A DNA stretch of 64,000 nucleotides from Candidatus Omnitrophota bacterium (GTDB lineage: Bacteria > Omnitrophota > Omnitrophia > Omnitrophales > Aquincolibacteriaceae), in the NCBI GenBank assembly GCA_043821445.1, contig JBDRCT010000003.1, forward strand, positions 5,440-69,439, read 5' to 3'. The notes under the pieces were generated by a model. The model did not search any database, was not told where the DNA came from, and saw nothing but the letters and a program-made list of their open reading frames with translations. Below are positions 31,815 through 41,001 of this stretch, piece after piece. Positions within the stretch are counted from its first letter, which is position 1; each line of letters starts with the position of its first letter. The translations under genes were made by a program, and so were the position numbers.

Positions 31815-32242
31815 GACACCCTGACTCTTCCATCGTTATAATCTATCTCGTTCAAGCCAAGCTCCACGGTCCGGTACTTTTTCCGAAGGGCTTTCAGTTC
31901 TTCTTGACCCGCTGGCATATACTGGTAGTAACGCACCAGCTCTTTTTTATTTAATACCACGGCGTCGCTATAGGCGGCCGGGATGCTCCAGAACCAAGTT
32001 AACCACATGATGTTCCAGAGATATTTTTCGTCGGACCCATAAGCGAGATACCCATATCCCGCAAAGGGCAATAAGCATAGCCATGCGGCAACGGCAGGAT
32101 TCTTGATCTTCACATTGCAGGTATTGACCCCGTAGGATTTCAACTCATACACCGCATTTTTTTCGGATTGAGTGAGCGACACACATCCGGAAAGCATCAC
32201 CACCAGCAACAACACCGCATTCAATTTCAAGAAATGATCCAT
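31811..32242 (-). CDS. hypothetical lipoprotein with TM2-like segment
   Basis: Lipobox LSGC; KNPAVAAWLCLLP..GYGY hydrophobic block. Confidence 0.6.
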   Translation of the reverse strand: MDHFLKLNAVLLLVVMLSGCVSLTQSEKNAVYELKSYGVNTCNVKIKNPAVAAWLCLLPFAGYGYLAYGSDEKYLWNIMWLTWFWSIPAAYSDAVVLNKKELVRYYQYMPAGQEELKALRKKYRTVELGLNEIDYNDGRVRVS

Positions 32243-32255
32243 TGTTCGATCCTCC

Positions 32256-33623
32256 TTACGGGGTTTGCGATTTACGGACTACGCTTTTTAACCATTCTAG
32301 AGCATCTTCCCTGTTTTTGAAACGACCTTCTAGCTGCAAAACATAAGCTTCTTCCAAAACCGGCTTCATCGCCCGTCCGGGTTTCATGCCGAGCTCCATG
32401 AGATCGTGCCCGTTCACAAGCGGCTCGGGTTTTAACTCTTCATGTTCATATTCCTTGAGCTTGTCCCGGAGGAACGCGAGATTGTCCAGCATCCCGTGGC
32501 TCGCGGTACAATCCAAACGATGGAGCTCCATTTCCTCTTCAAAATACGGACGGCTGATGAATTGCTTGAGTTTTCCTGCCCGCATCTTCTGCACATCCAT
32601 GAATCTCATATGATTGGCGATGCATTCCGAAACTCCCTCGGTCTCCTCGTTTGAAAAACGCAGCCGCCGCATGATCTCGCGGGCGATCTTCACGCCCTCG
32701 CCGGAATGCTCATAAAAGGTCAAACGGCCTTTGCGTATTGCGGACGTCTTGGGCTTTCCAATATCGTGAAAAAGCACGGAGAAAGCGAGAATGGCCGAAA
32801 CCGGAGGCCGAAGGTGCTCCAAAAGAAGCCGCGTATGTTCATAGACATCGCCTTCGGGATGAAAATTCTCGGGTTGCTTTACTCCGCGCATTGCTTCCAC
32901 TTCAGGTAGTATCTCTTTCATGAGCCCGGATTCTGAAAGCAGTGTGAACCCACGCGCCGCTCCGGATCGCGTAAAGATCTTCACAAGTTCTTCGCGGATT
33001 CGTTCGGGACTCACTTCGTGGATTTCGGGAGCCTTCTCACAAAGCGCCTCCCAGGTTTTCTTCTCGATCTCAAAACCAAGCGTTGAGGCAAAGCGGATCG
33101 CCCGGAGAAGTCGCAGTTTGTCCTCTTTAAAGCGAGCCGCGGGATCGCCGATGGCGCGTATCACCTTGAGGGGCAGATCTCTCATCCCCTCCACAAAATC
33201 AATCACCTTCTCCGCGAAGGGATCATAGAACATGCCGTTCACCGTAAAGTCGCGGCGCTTGGCGTCTTCTTCGGGTTGGCTAAATGAAACTCGGGTGGGA
33301 TGGCGACCGTCCTGGTAACCCCCTTCGCAACGGAAGGTCGCAACCTCAAAAGGGGTTTCTTCTTCAACCACGATCATCACGCCGAATTGCTTGCCGACGG
33401 GGATCGTCCGGTGAAAGATCTTTTCGACCTCTTCAGGCGTCGCGGTCGTGGCAATATCAAAATCCTGAGGCTTTTGACCTCTCAAATGGTCTCGGACACA
33501 ACCGCCCGCGAAATACGCGATATATCCCTTGTCTTTAAGGGTCTTCGCGATCGCGAGTGCCAGCCGTCCTTTTGATTCGCTGAGGTCCATCGGGCCCGGG
33601 GCCATATCGCTCCGTGATGTCAT
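32256..33623 (-). CDS. cca: CCA tRNA nucleotidyltransferase with HD domain
   Basis: GGCVRD, DFDIAT, RRDFTVN, EDKLRLLRA, HPEGDVYEHT, FHDIGKP. Confidence 0.92.
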   Translation of the reverse strand: MTSRSDMAPGPMDLSESKGRLALAIAKTLKDKGYIAYFAGGCVRDHLRGQKPQDFDIATTATPEEVEKIFHRTIPVGKQFGVMIVVEEETPFEVATFRCEGGYQDGRHPTRVSFSQPEEDAKRRDFTVNGMFYDPFAEKVIDFVEGMRDLPLKVIRAIGDPAARFKEDKLRLLRAIRFASTLGFEIEKKTWEALCEKAPEIHEVSPERIREELVKIFTRSGAARGFTLLSESGLMKEILPEVEAMRGVKQPENFHPEGDVYEHTRLLLEHLRPPVSAILAFSVLFHDIGKPKTSAIRKGRLTFYEHSGEGVKIAREIMRRLRFSNEETEGVSECIANHMRFMDVQKMRAGKLKQFISRPYFEEEMELHRLDCTASHGMLDNLAFLRDKLKEYEHEELKPEPLVNGHDLMELGMKPGRAMKPVLEEAYVLQLEGRFKNREDALEWLKSVVRKSQTP

Positions 33624-33649
33624 GCATCAAAGTTCATCGGAAACCAGTA

Positions 33650-33970
33650 TCAGACGTTAAAAAAATCGCGGGCAGCTTTATCTCCCGCGGCTTTTTGATA
33701 ATCCAGATAATCGATCAACATGAGATCGGGCCGTTTTTCGCCGAGGCGCTTGGCTAGCTGAAACCGCTCGGAGGGGTGGGTTTCAAGACGCCGGCTCGCG
33801 ATATACTTGAACACCGTCCCGCATTTCGGGCAGGCCTTGGTATCGTAGGCGTTTATCCCAAGCTCGTTGCAAGAAGCACAATTGCCCGAAAGATCCCCGA
33901 TGATGAGGAGATTTTTTTTGACTTCCTCAAGCACAAAGGGTTTGTAAGTACGAAGGTAATGCTGGGCCAT
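33650..33970 (-). CDS. hypothetical zinc-ribbon protein
   Basis: CASC...CPKC pair; GAGGAG SD. Confidence 0.6.
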   Translation of the reverse strand: MAQHYLRTYKPFVLEEVKKNLLIIGDLSGNCASCNELGINAYDTKACPKCGTVFKYIASRRLETHPSERFQLAKRLGEKRPDLMLIDYLDYQKAAGDKAARDFFNV

Positions 33971-33999
33971 GGCTTAAAACTCCTCATGAAAGGAACGGG

Positions 34000-34443
34000 C
34001 TATTTTTTGAATACGAGATCTCCAGCGCGGACGCGGGACTTTACTTCAACGCCAAAATCATCGCCTTTTCTGGCGATCATGACCGGCTGGTGATCGATCT
34101 GCATAGAAACAACCTTTTGCTTGAAATCTGTTGTATGGCCCTTAAACAGAAGCTCATCCCCGATCCGGATCTCCCCGGTCTTGATCTTGAGCACAGCGGC
34201 ATTCACATGCGGAAAATAATGTGTGACCTCCGCAGTCGGCAATGCCGCCAAAGCAACTTTCACCATTCTCGTCTGTTTTTTTACCGCGACTTTTTTTGAA
34301 ACTTTCTTCTTAGCCGGCCTGGCCGCTTTTTTCTTGCCAGGCTTGACCGTTTTCTTTTTAGAAACTTTCCCCTTGGATTTTGCAGTCTTCTTGAGTTTGG
34401 TCGAACCAAAAATAGCCTTACCGATCTTTTTCAAAAATTTCAT
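34000..34443 (-). CDS. translation elongation factor-like beta-barrel protein with Lys-rich N-terminus
   Basis: VTHYF..V..A...IRIGD....GHTTDF.Q.V.SMQI...G..V...VR.GD.V pattern; histone-like KK repeats at the N-terminus. Confidence 0.75.
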   Translation of the reverse strand: MKFLKKIGKAIFGSTKLKKTAKSKGKVSKKKTVKPGKKKAARPAKKKVSKKVAVKKQTRMVKVALAALPTAEVTHYFPHVNAAVLKIKTGEIRIGDELLFKGHTTDFKQKVVSMQIDHQPVMIARKGDDFGVEVKSRVRAGDLVFKK

Positions 34444-34472
34444 GATTTTTCCTCCGTTGGATGCGAAACGGT

Positions 34473-35555
34473 TTAAGAATCTTCTTCCAAAGAGATTTCT
34501 TTGGGCGCCGGCCCCGCGACCTGCCCCTGATGCTGTTCCAGAATATTCAGCCGGTTCCGCAATTTTTGGAACCGCTGTTCCGTTTTTTCATACGCTGTAC
34601 GAGCGTGAGCCAAATGCCCGCCGATCTTTTCAAAATCCGTCAAACACTGCTCAAGATCCACTTCCAGCTGACCTAAATTTTCAAGGATGATCTGCGCCGA
34701 GCGCTCGATTCTCATGCCCTTAAGCCCGCGCACGATCGACTGGAGATAGACATAAAAACTATTGGGCGAGACCGGGATCACCTTGCGCTTCATGGCATAC
34801 GCCGAAAGGCTTTCATTCTGAGCATCATCTTTAATGATGGTCTCATAATAGATACTTTCGGACGGAATATACATGAGAGCAAACTCAAAGGTCCCTTCCT
34901 CCGGCAGGATGTACTTCGCCCCGATATCATCGATGTGCTTCTTGACGTCCCGCCAGAACCCCTTACGGGCTTCGGCCTGCTTTTCGTCACTCCCTGCTTC
35001 CAAGATGCGCTTGAAATTCTCGAGCGGGAATTTCGCGTCCACCGGGATCAATCCTTCGCCGAGCCGGATCACGGCGTCCACCTGGGAACCGTTCGCAAAA
35101 CGGTACTGAAGCGCGAAATGATCTTCCGGAAGAATCTGGCGCAAAAGTTCCGCGAGGAGCAATTCGCCCATTCCGCCACGGAGTTTCGGGGCGCGGAGAA
35201 TGTCATGGAGGGATGAAATGTCTTTCCCGATATCCATCATGGACTGCGTGGCCTGCTGCAAAACACCGAGCCGGTGTTGAACATCTCCCATGATCTGGCG
35301 GTAATTCTGCTGGTTCTCCTGGAGAAACTGGGAATTCTGTTTCATCTGGTCATTCATCTGACGCGCAAGGGCTTGGATCTGGTCTTGCAAAGTCGTATGG
35401 AGATTATGGAGTTCTTGCTGGAGCTGAAGAAAGGGCTGGAAGGTCTTATCGTCGGCAGCGGCCCGCTTGGACAAACGCTGAAAAATCCAGAGGACTGCGG
35501 CGAGGCCGCAAAGGGACGCCACAACAGTGATGAGAACTAGCAGCGAGACATTCAT
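34473..35555 (-). CDS. rmuC: DNA recombination protein RmuC
   Basis: N-terminal TM, coiled coil, KLRGGMGE, VDAKFP, KYI.P..GT.FALMYIPSE. Confidence 0.92.
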   Translation of the reverse strand: MNVSLLVLITVVASLCGLAAVLWIFQRLSKRAAADDKTFQPFLQLQQELHNLHTTLQDQIQALARQMNDQMKQNSQFLQENQQNYRQIMGDVQHRLGVLQQATQSMMDIGKDISSLHDILRAPKLRGGMGELLLAELLRQILPEDHFALQYRFANGSQVDAVIRLGEGLIPVDAKFPLENFKRILEAGSDEKQAEARKGFWRDVKKHIDDIGAKYILPEEGTFEFALMYIPSESIYYETIIKDDAQNESLSAYAMKRKVIPVSPNSFYVYLQSIVRGLKGMRIERSAQIILENLGQLEVDLEQCLTDFEKIGGHLAHARTAYEKTEQRFQKLRNRLNILEQHQGQVAGPAPKEISLEEDS

Positions 35556-35561
35556 AGGCGG

Positions 35562-35590
35562 ATTATAAACTATTATTGTCTCGATGTCAT
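35562..35590 (-). promoter_or_regulatory. promoter for a probably leaderless rmuC mRNA
   Basis: ATGACA-N17-TATAAT ending 6 nt before ATG 35555; no SD. Confidence 0.55.
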
Positions 35591-35610
35591 TGCAGGGTTG
35601 CGTAACTCGT

Positions 35611-35661
35611 GCCACAGCCCACCCGCCACGCACCACGTGGCCCGTGGTGCGTGGTTCGTGG
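35611..35661. repeat. heptad-periodic inverted repeat (12-bp stem)
   Basis: ccacgcaccacg-tggcc-cgtggtgcgtgg at 35626-35654, inside CCAC/GTGG units spaced 7 bp apart. Confidence 0.7.
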
Positions 35662-35694
35662 AACAGATAATTTTATGTCCATCGAGCATTCGTA

Positions 35695-37419
35695 CTATTT
35701 AATAAACGTAATATTGATATCTTCGCGGTGCGCGGTCGGCTCGGAATAGATCGAAATACGACTGCCCGTGTTCTTCTCGAGGAATCGTAGCGCTTTCTTT
35801 TCCTGCTGGAGCAGGCGTTCCGCAACATCCGGGTGCACATACGCATTCACGATGCGGTCCCTGGAATCCTTCAGGGACTTGCGCAATTCCCGGATGACCT
35901 GGATCGACATAGTCGCGGTCGACTTGATATTGCCCTTGCCCTCACAATACGGGCAGGTGTCGTAGACTGCGCTCTCAAGCGATGGGCGCATTCTCTGGCG
36001 CGTCATCTGGATCAGCCCAAGTTCGGAAACCTGCACCAAGTGTGTCTTGGCGCGATCTTTGCTCACCGCCTCTTTAAAAATATTAAAGAGGTTGCGGCGA
36101 TGCTGCCCTTGTTCCATATCGATAAAATCGATCACGATGATCCCGCCGACGTCCCGGAGCCGGAGCTGGCGCGCGATCTCCTGCGCGGCCTCGACGTTGT
36201 TCTTATACACGGTCTCCTCAAGACCCCGGTTGTTCCCGGTGAACTTCCCGGTATTCACATCGATCGCTACAAGACCCTCGGTCTGTTCGATCACGATATA
36301 ACCGCCCGACTTAAGATAAACATTCTTTTGGAACGTTCGCTCGATCTCTTTTTCGATCCCGTGACGTTCAAAGAGACTTCCCTTTTCCTTCGCGAACTCG
36401 ATATTGAGATCCTGCCCCGGCATATAGACCGAGATGAAGCGCTTAAGCTTCTTGAAGATCTCGGGATGATCCACTACGATCTTGGTGGTTTCTTCGTTCA
36501 CGTGATCACGGACCACGCGTTCCACAAGGCCGAGCTCCTGATGGATCATCACGGGCGCTTTTTTGGCCGAGATCATGCCGTGAATCTTCTTCCACAGCCG
36601 GATCAAATAACGGATATCCCGTGTAAAATCCGCGTCACTTCTTCCTTCCGCATTCGTCCGCACAATGAACCCAACGCCCTTCGGGATCTCCAGGCTTCTG
36701 AAGATACCCCGGATCCGCTCGCGTTCCGAACGGCTCTCCACACGCCGCGAGATCCCGATCTTTGATTCGCCGGGCATCATCACAAGATAACGTGCCGGGA
36801 TCGAAAATTGTGTCGTAAGGCGTGGCCCCTTGTTCCCGAGCGGTTCTTTGACGACCTGCACAATAACCTTCTGTCCGACTTTGAGGACCTCTTCGATCCT
36901 CGGACGCCGCTGATGCTGATAATGCTGTTGCGGTGGCTGATTCCGGCCCCCTTGTCGTCCCCCTTGCTGATGATGCCTCCCGCGCCCGCGGTCCCGTCCC
37001 CCGTGACGTCCCTGACCCCGCCCCTGCCCCTGAGGTTGTCCTGGTACTTGACCATGAACTTGGCCCGGTACCGGGGGCTGTGCCTGGAGATTGCCTTCAA
37101 CAACAACGCCTTCGGGGGGCTTTACTTCGGTGACTGTTCCTTCCGTTTTTTTCTCTTCCCCATCGTCAAATTCCGCATCGAGATCCAGTGGCGAGCGAAG
37201 CGCGTCGCCGACGTAAAGAAAACCGTCTTTCCCAGTCCCGATATCCACGAACGCAGCGTCGATCCCCGGGATCACGGTCTTCACGATCCCTTCGTAGATA
37301 TTCCCGAAAAGCTTCTTCGAGTCCCCGCGCTCGATATAGAATTCCTCAAGCCGGCCATCCTCGAGAATGGCGACTTGTTTTTCATTAGCATCCTGTGAAA
37401 TTAAAATTTTTCTTTCCAT
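35695..37419 (-). CDS. rng: ribonuclease E/G family
   Basis: GNIY.G.V..V.PG..AAFVDIG, IDVNTG, RQLRLRD.GGII.IDFIDM, CPYC.G.G; Q/G/R-rich insert in the S1 domain. Confidence 0.93.
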   Translation of the reverse strand: MERKILISQDANEKQVAILEDGRLEEFYIERGDSKKLFGNIYEGIVKTVIPGIDAAFVDIGTGKDGFLYVGDALRSPLDLDAEFDDGEEKKTEGTVTEVKPPEGVVVEGNLQAQPPVPGQVHGQVPGQPQGQGRGQGRHGGRDRGRGRHHQQGGRQGGRNQPPQQHYQHQRRPRIEEVLKVGQKVIVQVVKEPLGNKGPRLTTQFSIPARYLVMMPGESKIGISRRVESRSERERIRGIFRSLEIPKGVGFIVRTNAEGRSDADFTRDIRYLIRLWKKIHGMISAKKAPVMIHQELGLVERVVRDHVNEETTKIVVDHPEIFKKLKRFISVYMPGQDLNIEFAKEKGSLFERHGIEKEIERTFQKNVYLKSGGYIVIEQTEGLVAIDVNTGKFTGNNRGLEETVYKNNVEAAQEIARQLRLRDVGGIIVIDFIDMEQGQHRRNLFNIFKEAVSKDRAKTHLVQVSELGLIQMTRQRMRPSLESAVYDTCPYCEGKGNIKSTATMSIQVIRELRKSLKDSRDRIVNAYVHPDVAERLLQQEKKALRFLEKNTGSRISIYSEPTAHREDINITFIK

Positions 37420-37456
37420 GACCTTCTTGATCCTTTCGTTTGATCCATTAAAATGT

Positions 37457-37554
37457 CGTCATTCTGAGTCTGATGCTTTCTTGCGAAAGCAAGAATCAGA
37501 CGAAGAACCTCAAAACGAGATCCTTCTCCCGCCCTCGGCGGGATCAGGATGACG
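37457..37554. repeat. REP/MITE-like nested palindromic element
   Basis: Terminal IR cgtcattctga...tcaggatgacg with inner hairpins ttcttgc-gaaa-gcaagaa and tcccgcc-ctc-ggcggga; matches the widespread GTCATTCTGAG..GAAGAA.CT/AGAT.CTTC..TCAG.ATGAC pattern. Confidence 0.75.
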
Positions 37555-37733
37555 CGGCTTTTTGTTAAGGCTCTCAGTGAGGGCCTATTTATTTGCGGTG
37601 AAAACTGCGGAACTTAGGCGGGTGTAAAGCTTGTGGAAAGAAAAAGCGTCAACTTATTCCGAGGCGGATCTTTAACGAACCTTAAGGCCTGTCGGGGGCC
37701 TTCCTAAAAGAACCTAAAAGACCGGACCTGAGT

Positions 37734-39410
37734 TCAGGCCGGTTTGTCCTTGTTCGTATCGTCCGAGACTGCTGGTTTCTCAGAATCTTTCACGCCCGGC
37801 GCGGCATCCGTGGCAGCCGTTTTTTGCTGGGCTTGAGCATCTTTTGACTGGTCATTCTTCCCGTCAACTTTGGCACCCGCAGGCTGTCCCTGCGAATCCA
37901 CCGTAGTAACTGTTACAAAAAAGAGCGTTTCGTTTTTACTATTATCTGCCATATCCTGTCGCTTGGAGCGGAACAATTTCCCCAGCAGAGGGATATTCCC
38001 CAAAAAAGGCACTTTATCTTCTGTCGAACCCACACTATCTGACATCAATCCGCCGATCGCAATGGTCTGGCCGCTTTGGATCAATACCTGGGTCATCGCT
38101 TTGGTGATGTTGAAGGAGGGCGCTGCCAATCCTCCAGCACCCGGAATGAATGTGATCAGAGGACCGGCACTGCTTATTTCCGGCTTCAGGTCGACAAGAA
38201 TCTCCTCGGCCGAATTAATGTGGGGCGTAACATTCAAAACAATGCCCAAATTTCTGTAATTATAGCCAGACACTTCCATACTGCCGGTCGTTTCGTTCCT
38301 TTCAAAATTTGGGATCGGATAGTCCGACCCCACCTGAATACTGGCCTTCTGATTATTCAGGACAACGATCCGCGGATTGGAAATCACCTTCGTATTGACC
38401 CGGGTCTCCAGAAAATTTAACATTGCAGAAAAACTCGAGAAATCCAAAGTACCGTACTGAAGGGAAGGCGTATCCCCTGCTACCTTAGCCACATAAGGAA
38501 GGCCACGCGCATCGACTGGATTCACTACGTAATCTGCCACGGCGACGGCGCCGCCAGAGGTGGATCCCGCTAAAACTGGGAAAAACTGATTCAACGCCGG
38601 CGAAGGAGCTTCGGATGTTTGAGTAAATGGAAATGTTGTGGGACGAGTACTTCCGCTGGTAAGCCCGCCCGCAACATTCCAATCAATGCCAAGGTTTTCG
38701 ATATTAGAAACCTCTGTATTAACGATCTTGGAATCGATAAAAGCCTGGGAAGTAATCTTATCGAGTTTTTTGATCACTTCCCCGATGCGGTAGAGGTTCG
38801 TGGGGATGTCGGTCACGACAAGCATGTTGGTACGCTCCGAAGACTTTATCTTGCCGCGCTCACTCAGCATATCCATGACCGAGGCCTGGATCTCCTTGGC
38901 CTTGGAATAATTCAGGACAAAGGTCTTTGTCTCGACCGGCTCGAGTTTCATTTCTTCGCGGGTCGTCACACGGATAATGTTCCCATCGCGTTCGAAAACA
39001 TAGTTATAGGTCCTCAAGATGACACTGAGCGCTTTTTCCCAGGGAACATTATCCAACCGAACGGTCACAAGACCCTTCACCTCCGGACCGGTCACAATGT
39101 TGACGTTACTTTTCATGCTTAGCACGCGAAGCACGCTTCCGATGTCCGCATCCTTGAAATCCAAGCTGATCGTGTCATCCTCGGCTACCGGACCAGACGC
39201 CGCGGCAGGCGCTGAAGCCGCTTCCGGCACAGAAGCCGTTTGCGTTACTGCGACCGGATTGGGGTCTGCGGCAAGGACGACACCGGCCACACAAAAGAGA
39301 CACGGGAGCAATACAAGAAAAACGGATGTCCACGGTCTTGCAGCCTGGGCCTTTTGCGAAGGCGGGATAAAATGATGAGACGTTTGTTTCATGAAGTTCA
39401 CGAGCTCCAT
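37734..39410 (-). CDS. pilQ: type IV pilus secretin PilQ
   Basis: ISLDFKDADI..VL (STN/N0), TNMLVV.D, SNPRIVVLNNQKASI, GIVL.VTPHI, KVPFLGNIPLLG.LF. Confidence 0.92.
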   Translation of the reverse strand: MELVNFMKQTSHHFIPPSQKAQAARPWTSVFLVLLPCLFCVAGVVLAADPNPVAVTQTASVPEAASAPAAASGPVAEDDTISLDFKDADIGSVLRVLSMKSNVNIVTGPEVKGLVTVRLDNVPWEKALSVILRTYNYVFERDGNIIRVTTREEMKLEPVETKTFVLNYSKAKEIQASVMDMLSERGKIKSSERTNMLVVTDIPTNLYRIGEVIKKLDKITSQAFIDSKIVNTEVSNIENLGIDWNVAGGLTSGSTRPTTFPFTQTSEAPSPALNQFFPVLAGSTSGGAVAVADYVVNPVDARGLPYVAKVAGDTPSLQYGTLDFSSFSAMLNFLETRVNTKVISNPRIVVLNNQKASIQVGSDYPIPNFERNETTGSMEVSGYNYRNLGIVLNVTPHINSAEEILVDLKPEISSAGPLITFIPGAGGLAAPSFNITKAMTQVLIQSGQTIAIGGLMSDSVGSTEDKVPFLGNIPLLGKLFRSKRQDMADNSKNETLFFVTVTTVDSQGQPAGAKVDGKNDQSKDAQAQQKTAATDAAPGVKDSEKPAVSDDTNKDKPA

Positions 39411-39423
39411 TGTATCACAAAAC

Positions 39424-39777
39424 CTATGCTTTTTCCTCTTCCCTTATCCAAAGCGTTTTTTCTTCCCCCCCCACAGAAATGACGACATGGTCCTTCAATA
39501 TCTTAACGACCGTTGCATCTCCCACAGTTTCACCCTTCAAATAGGACTTTCCGTTCAAAATGGCCATCGAATGTTCGCCCGGATCATAGATAATACCTTC
39601 CAGTTTAACGCCGGATGAGGTTGTGGACACTGAAGTGTTGTCGCCCCCGTCGAGCGGCACAAAGGGATCCCGCCTGTTACCGGAATCGTAAAGAACTTCA
39701 GAAGCGGCAAACACCCCCGACGCCAGAGCTAGCAGTGCTATCGCCAAAAAAAATGCGCTCTTCTTACTTCTTAGCAT
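39424..39777 (-). CDS. PilP-like protein
   Basis: RRDPFVP, LEGII, AILNG; located between pilO and pilQ. Confidence 0.7.
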   Translation of the reverse strand: MLRSKKSAFFLAIALLALASGVFAASEVLYDSGNRRDPFVPLDGGDNTSVSTTSSGVKLEGIIYDPGEHSMAILNGKSYLKGETVGDATVVKILKDHVVISVGGEEKTLWIREEEKA

Positions 39778-40426
39778 TCGCCACCTTCTTAGCACCCGCT
39801 GCCTTCTTCGTCTTCGCGGGTGGCGCCACTTGCGGCGGAGCTTTCAGGATCGCCCAAAGCTTCAGCTCCGCAATATGCCGTCCCGGCGTTTTTTTATCCG
39901 GCACGACCTCGAGGCTCTGTATTCTTAAAAGTTTTCCATGACTCTCAATGCGGCTCATCAAATTGCCAAGGTCATGATAGCCGCCGTGCACCGTGAATTC
40001 ATAGCCACGCGGTTGATATTTCAAGTGATAGGGTGCCGGAAAAGCCACTTTCGCGGTCAAAGGCTTCGAGGTCAACACTTCCACGCGCGACTCACTCGCC
40101 ATTTTTGAAGCGGAGCCCAACAATAGATCCATATCCTCGACCGTAAAAACACGAGCCCAGGTACTTTCAATGAGCGAACCGAACACCTTCTGATTCTCTT
40201 CCCATTCCGGCCGTTTCTTATTCAGGTCATTGACCTGGCGGATCTGAGTTTCCATGCTTTGAATATCACGCCGGAGCATGGGACGCTCGATCCAAGCCGG
40301 AATGACCAGAAAAACCACCAACAATAAAAAACCTATCGCACACAAAAAACCGACCACCCAGGTTTTTTTATCGACACTTTTCAGAAATGCTATAACATCG
40401 GCAAAAGGCAGGTTGAGCGGCTTCAT
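39764..40426 (-). CDS. pilO: type IV pilus PilO-like protein
   Basis: TM, coiled coil, GGYHDLG....IE...LLRI motif. Confidence 0.8.
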   Translation of the reverse strand: MKPLNLPFADVIAFLKSVDKKTWVVGFLCAIGFLLLVVFLVIPAWIERPMLRRDIQSMETQIRQVNDLNKKRPEWEENQKVFGSLIESTWARVFTVEDMDLLLGSASKMASESRVEVLTSKPLTAKVAFPAPYHLKYQPRGYEFTVHGGYHDLGNLMSRIESHGKLLRIQSLEVVPDKKTPGRHIAELKLWAILKAPPQVAPPAKTKKAAGAKKVANAKK

Positions 40427-41001
40427 GGTTTGGAGGTCACTCCCCATTCAATTTGAGCGACAAAAATGGTCCCTTCCGTCTTTTCGTTGGCCCTTTTAGA
40501 AGTCGCTACCGCGACGGATGTTTGGAGCGGCAATTTCGTTTTCAGTTTCTGGAAATATTCCTCGATCTGTTCAATGCCGGTCTGTGTGCGGGATGCCAAC
40601 ACCACACCCTCCAGGGTCAACCGGCATCCACCGCCTTCCCGCTCCACTTTGAGTTCTGTAAGCCATCCCCTTGGAGGCAGGAAATCGCTCGCCCAAAAAA
40701 GTATCTGGGTGATGGGTTCCTTATTGAGCACGTTCGTTTCCAGAAAATCTTTTTCGCCCTTCATTTCAACCGCAACCTGCTGCTCCAGGGTCTTCAGCTG
40801 TGCCATGAGGGGACTCAACCTCGCCCATTCCTTACGCACGCCTTCGTAGGCAGAGCGCGCCTTGAGATAGTCTCCGTAGAAAAAAACCGTCATAAGAAGA
40901 AAAAGCACCCCGGCCAGAAGAGCCAGTGGAATATAGGGAATGCGCGTCGCGTTCGATTTCCCTTTCAGGAGCTCCTGAGGCAAAAGATTGATCTTGATCA
41001 T
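40423..41001 (-). CDS. pilN: type IV pilus PilN-like protein
   Basis: MIKINLLP start, TM helix, LP...WLT. Confidence 0.85.
   Translation of the reverse strand: MIKINLLPQELLKGKSNATRIPYIPLALLAGVLFLLMTVFFYGDYLKARSAYEGVRKEWARLSPLMAQLKTLEQQVAVEMKGEKDFLETNVLNKEPITQILFWASDFLPPRGWLTELKVEREGGGCRLTLEGVVLASRTQTGIEQIEEYFQKLKTKLPLQTSVAVATSKRANEKTEGTIFVAQIEWGVTSKP

Noticed and set aside
37555-37733. Possible ncRNA or riboswitch between pilQ and the REP-like element
   Set aside because: Only short hairpins; no family I can recognise
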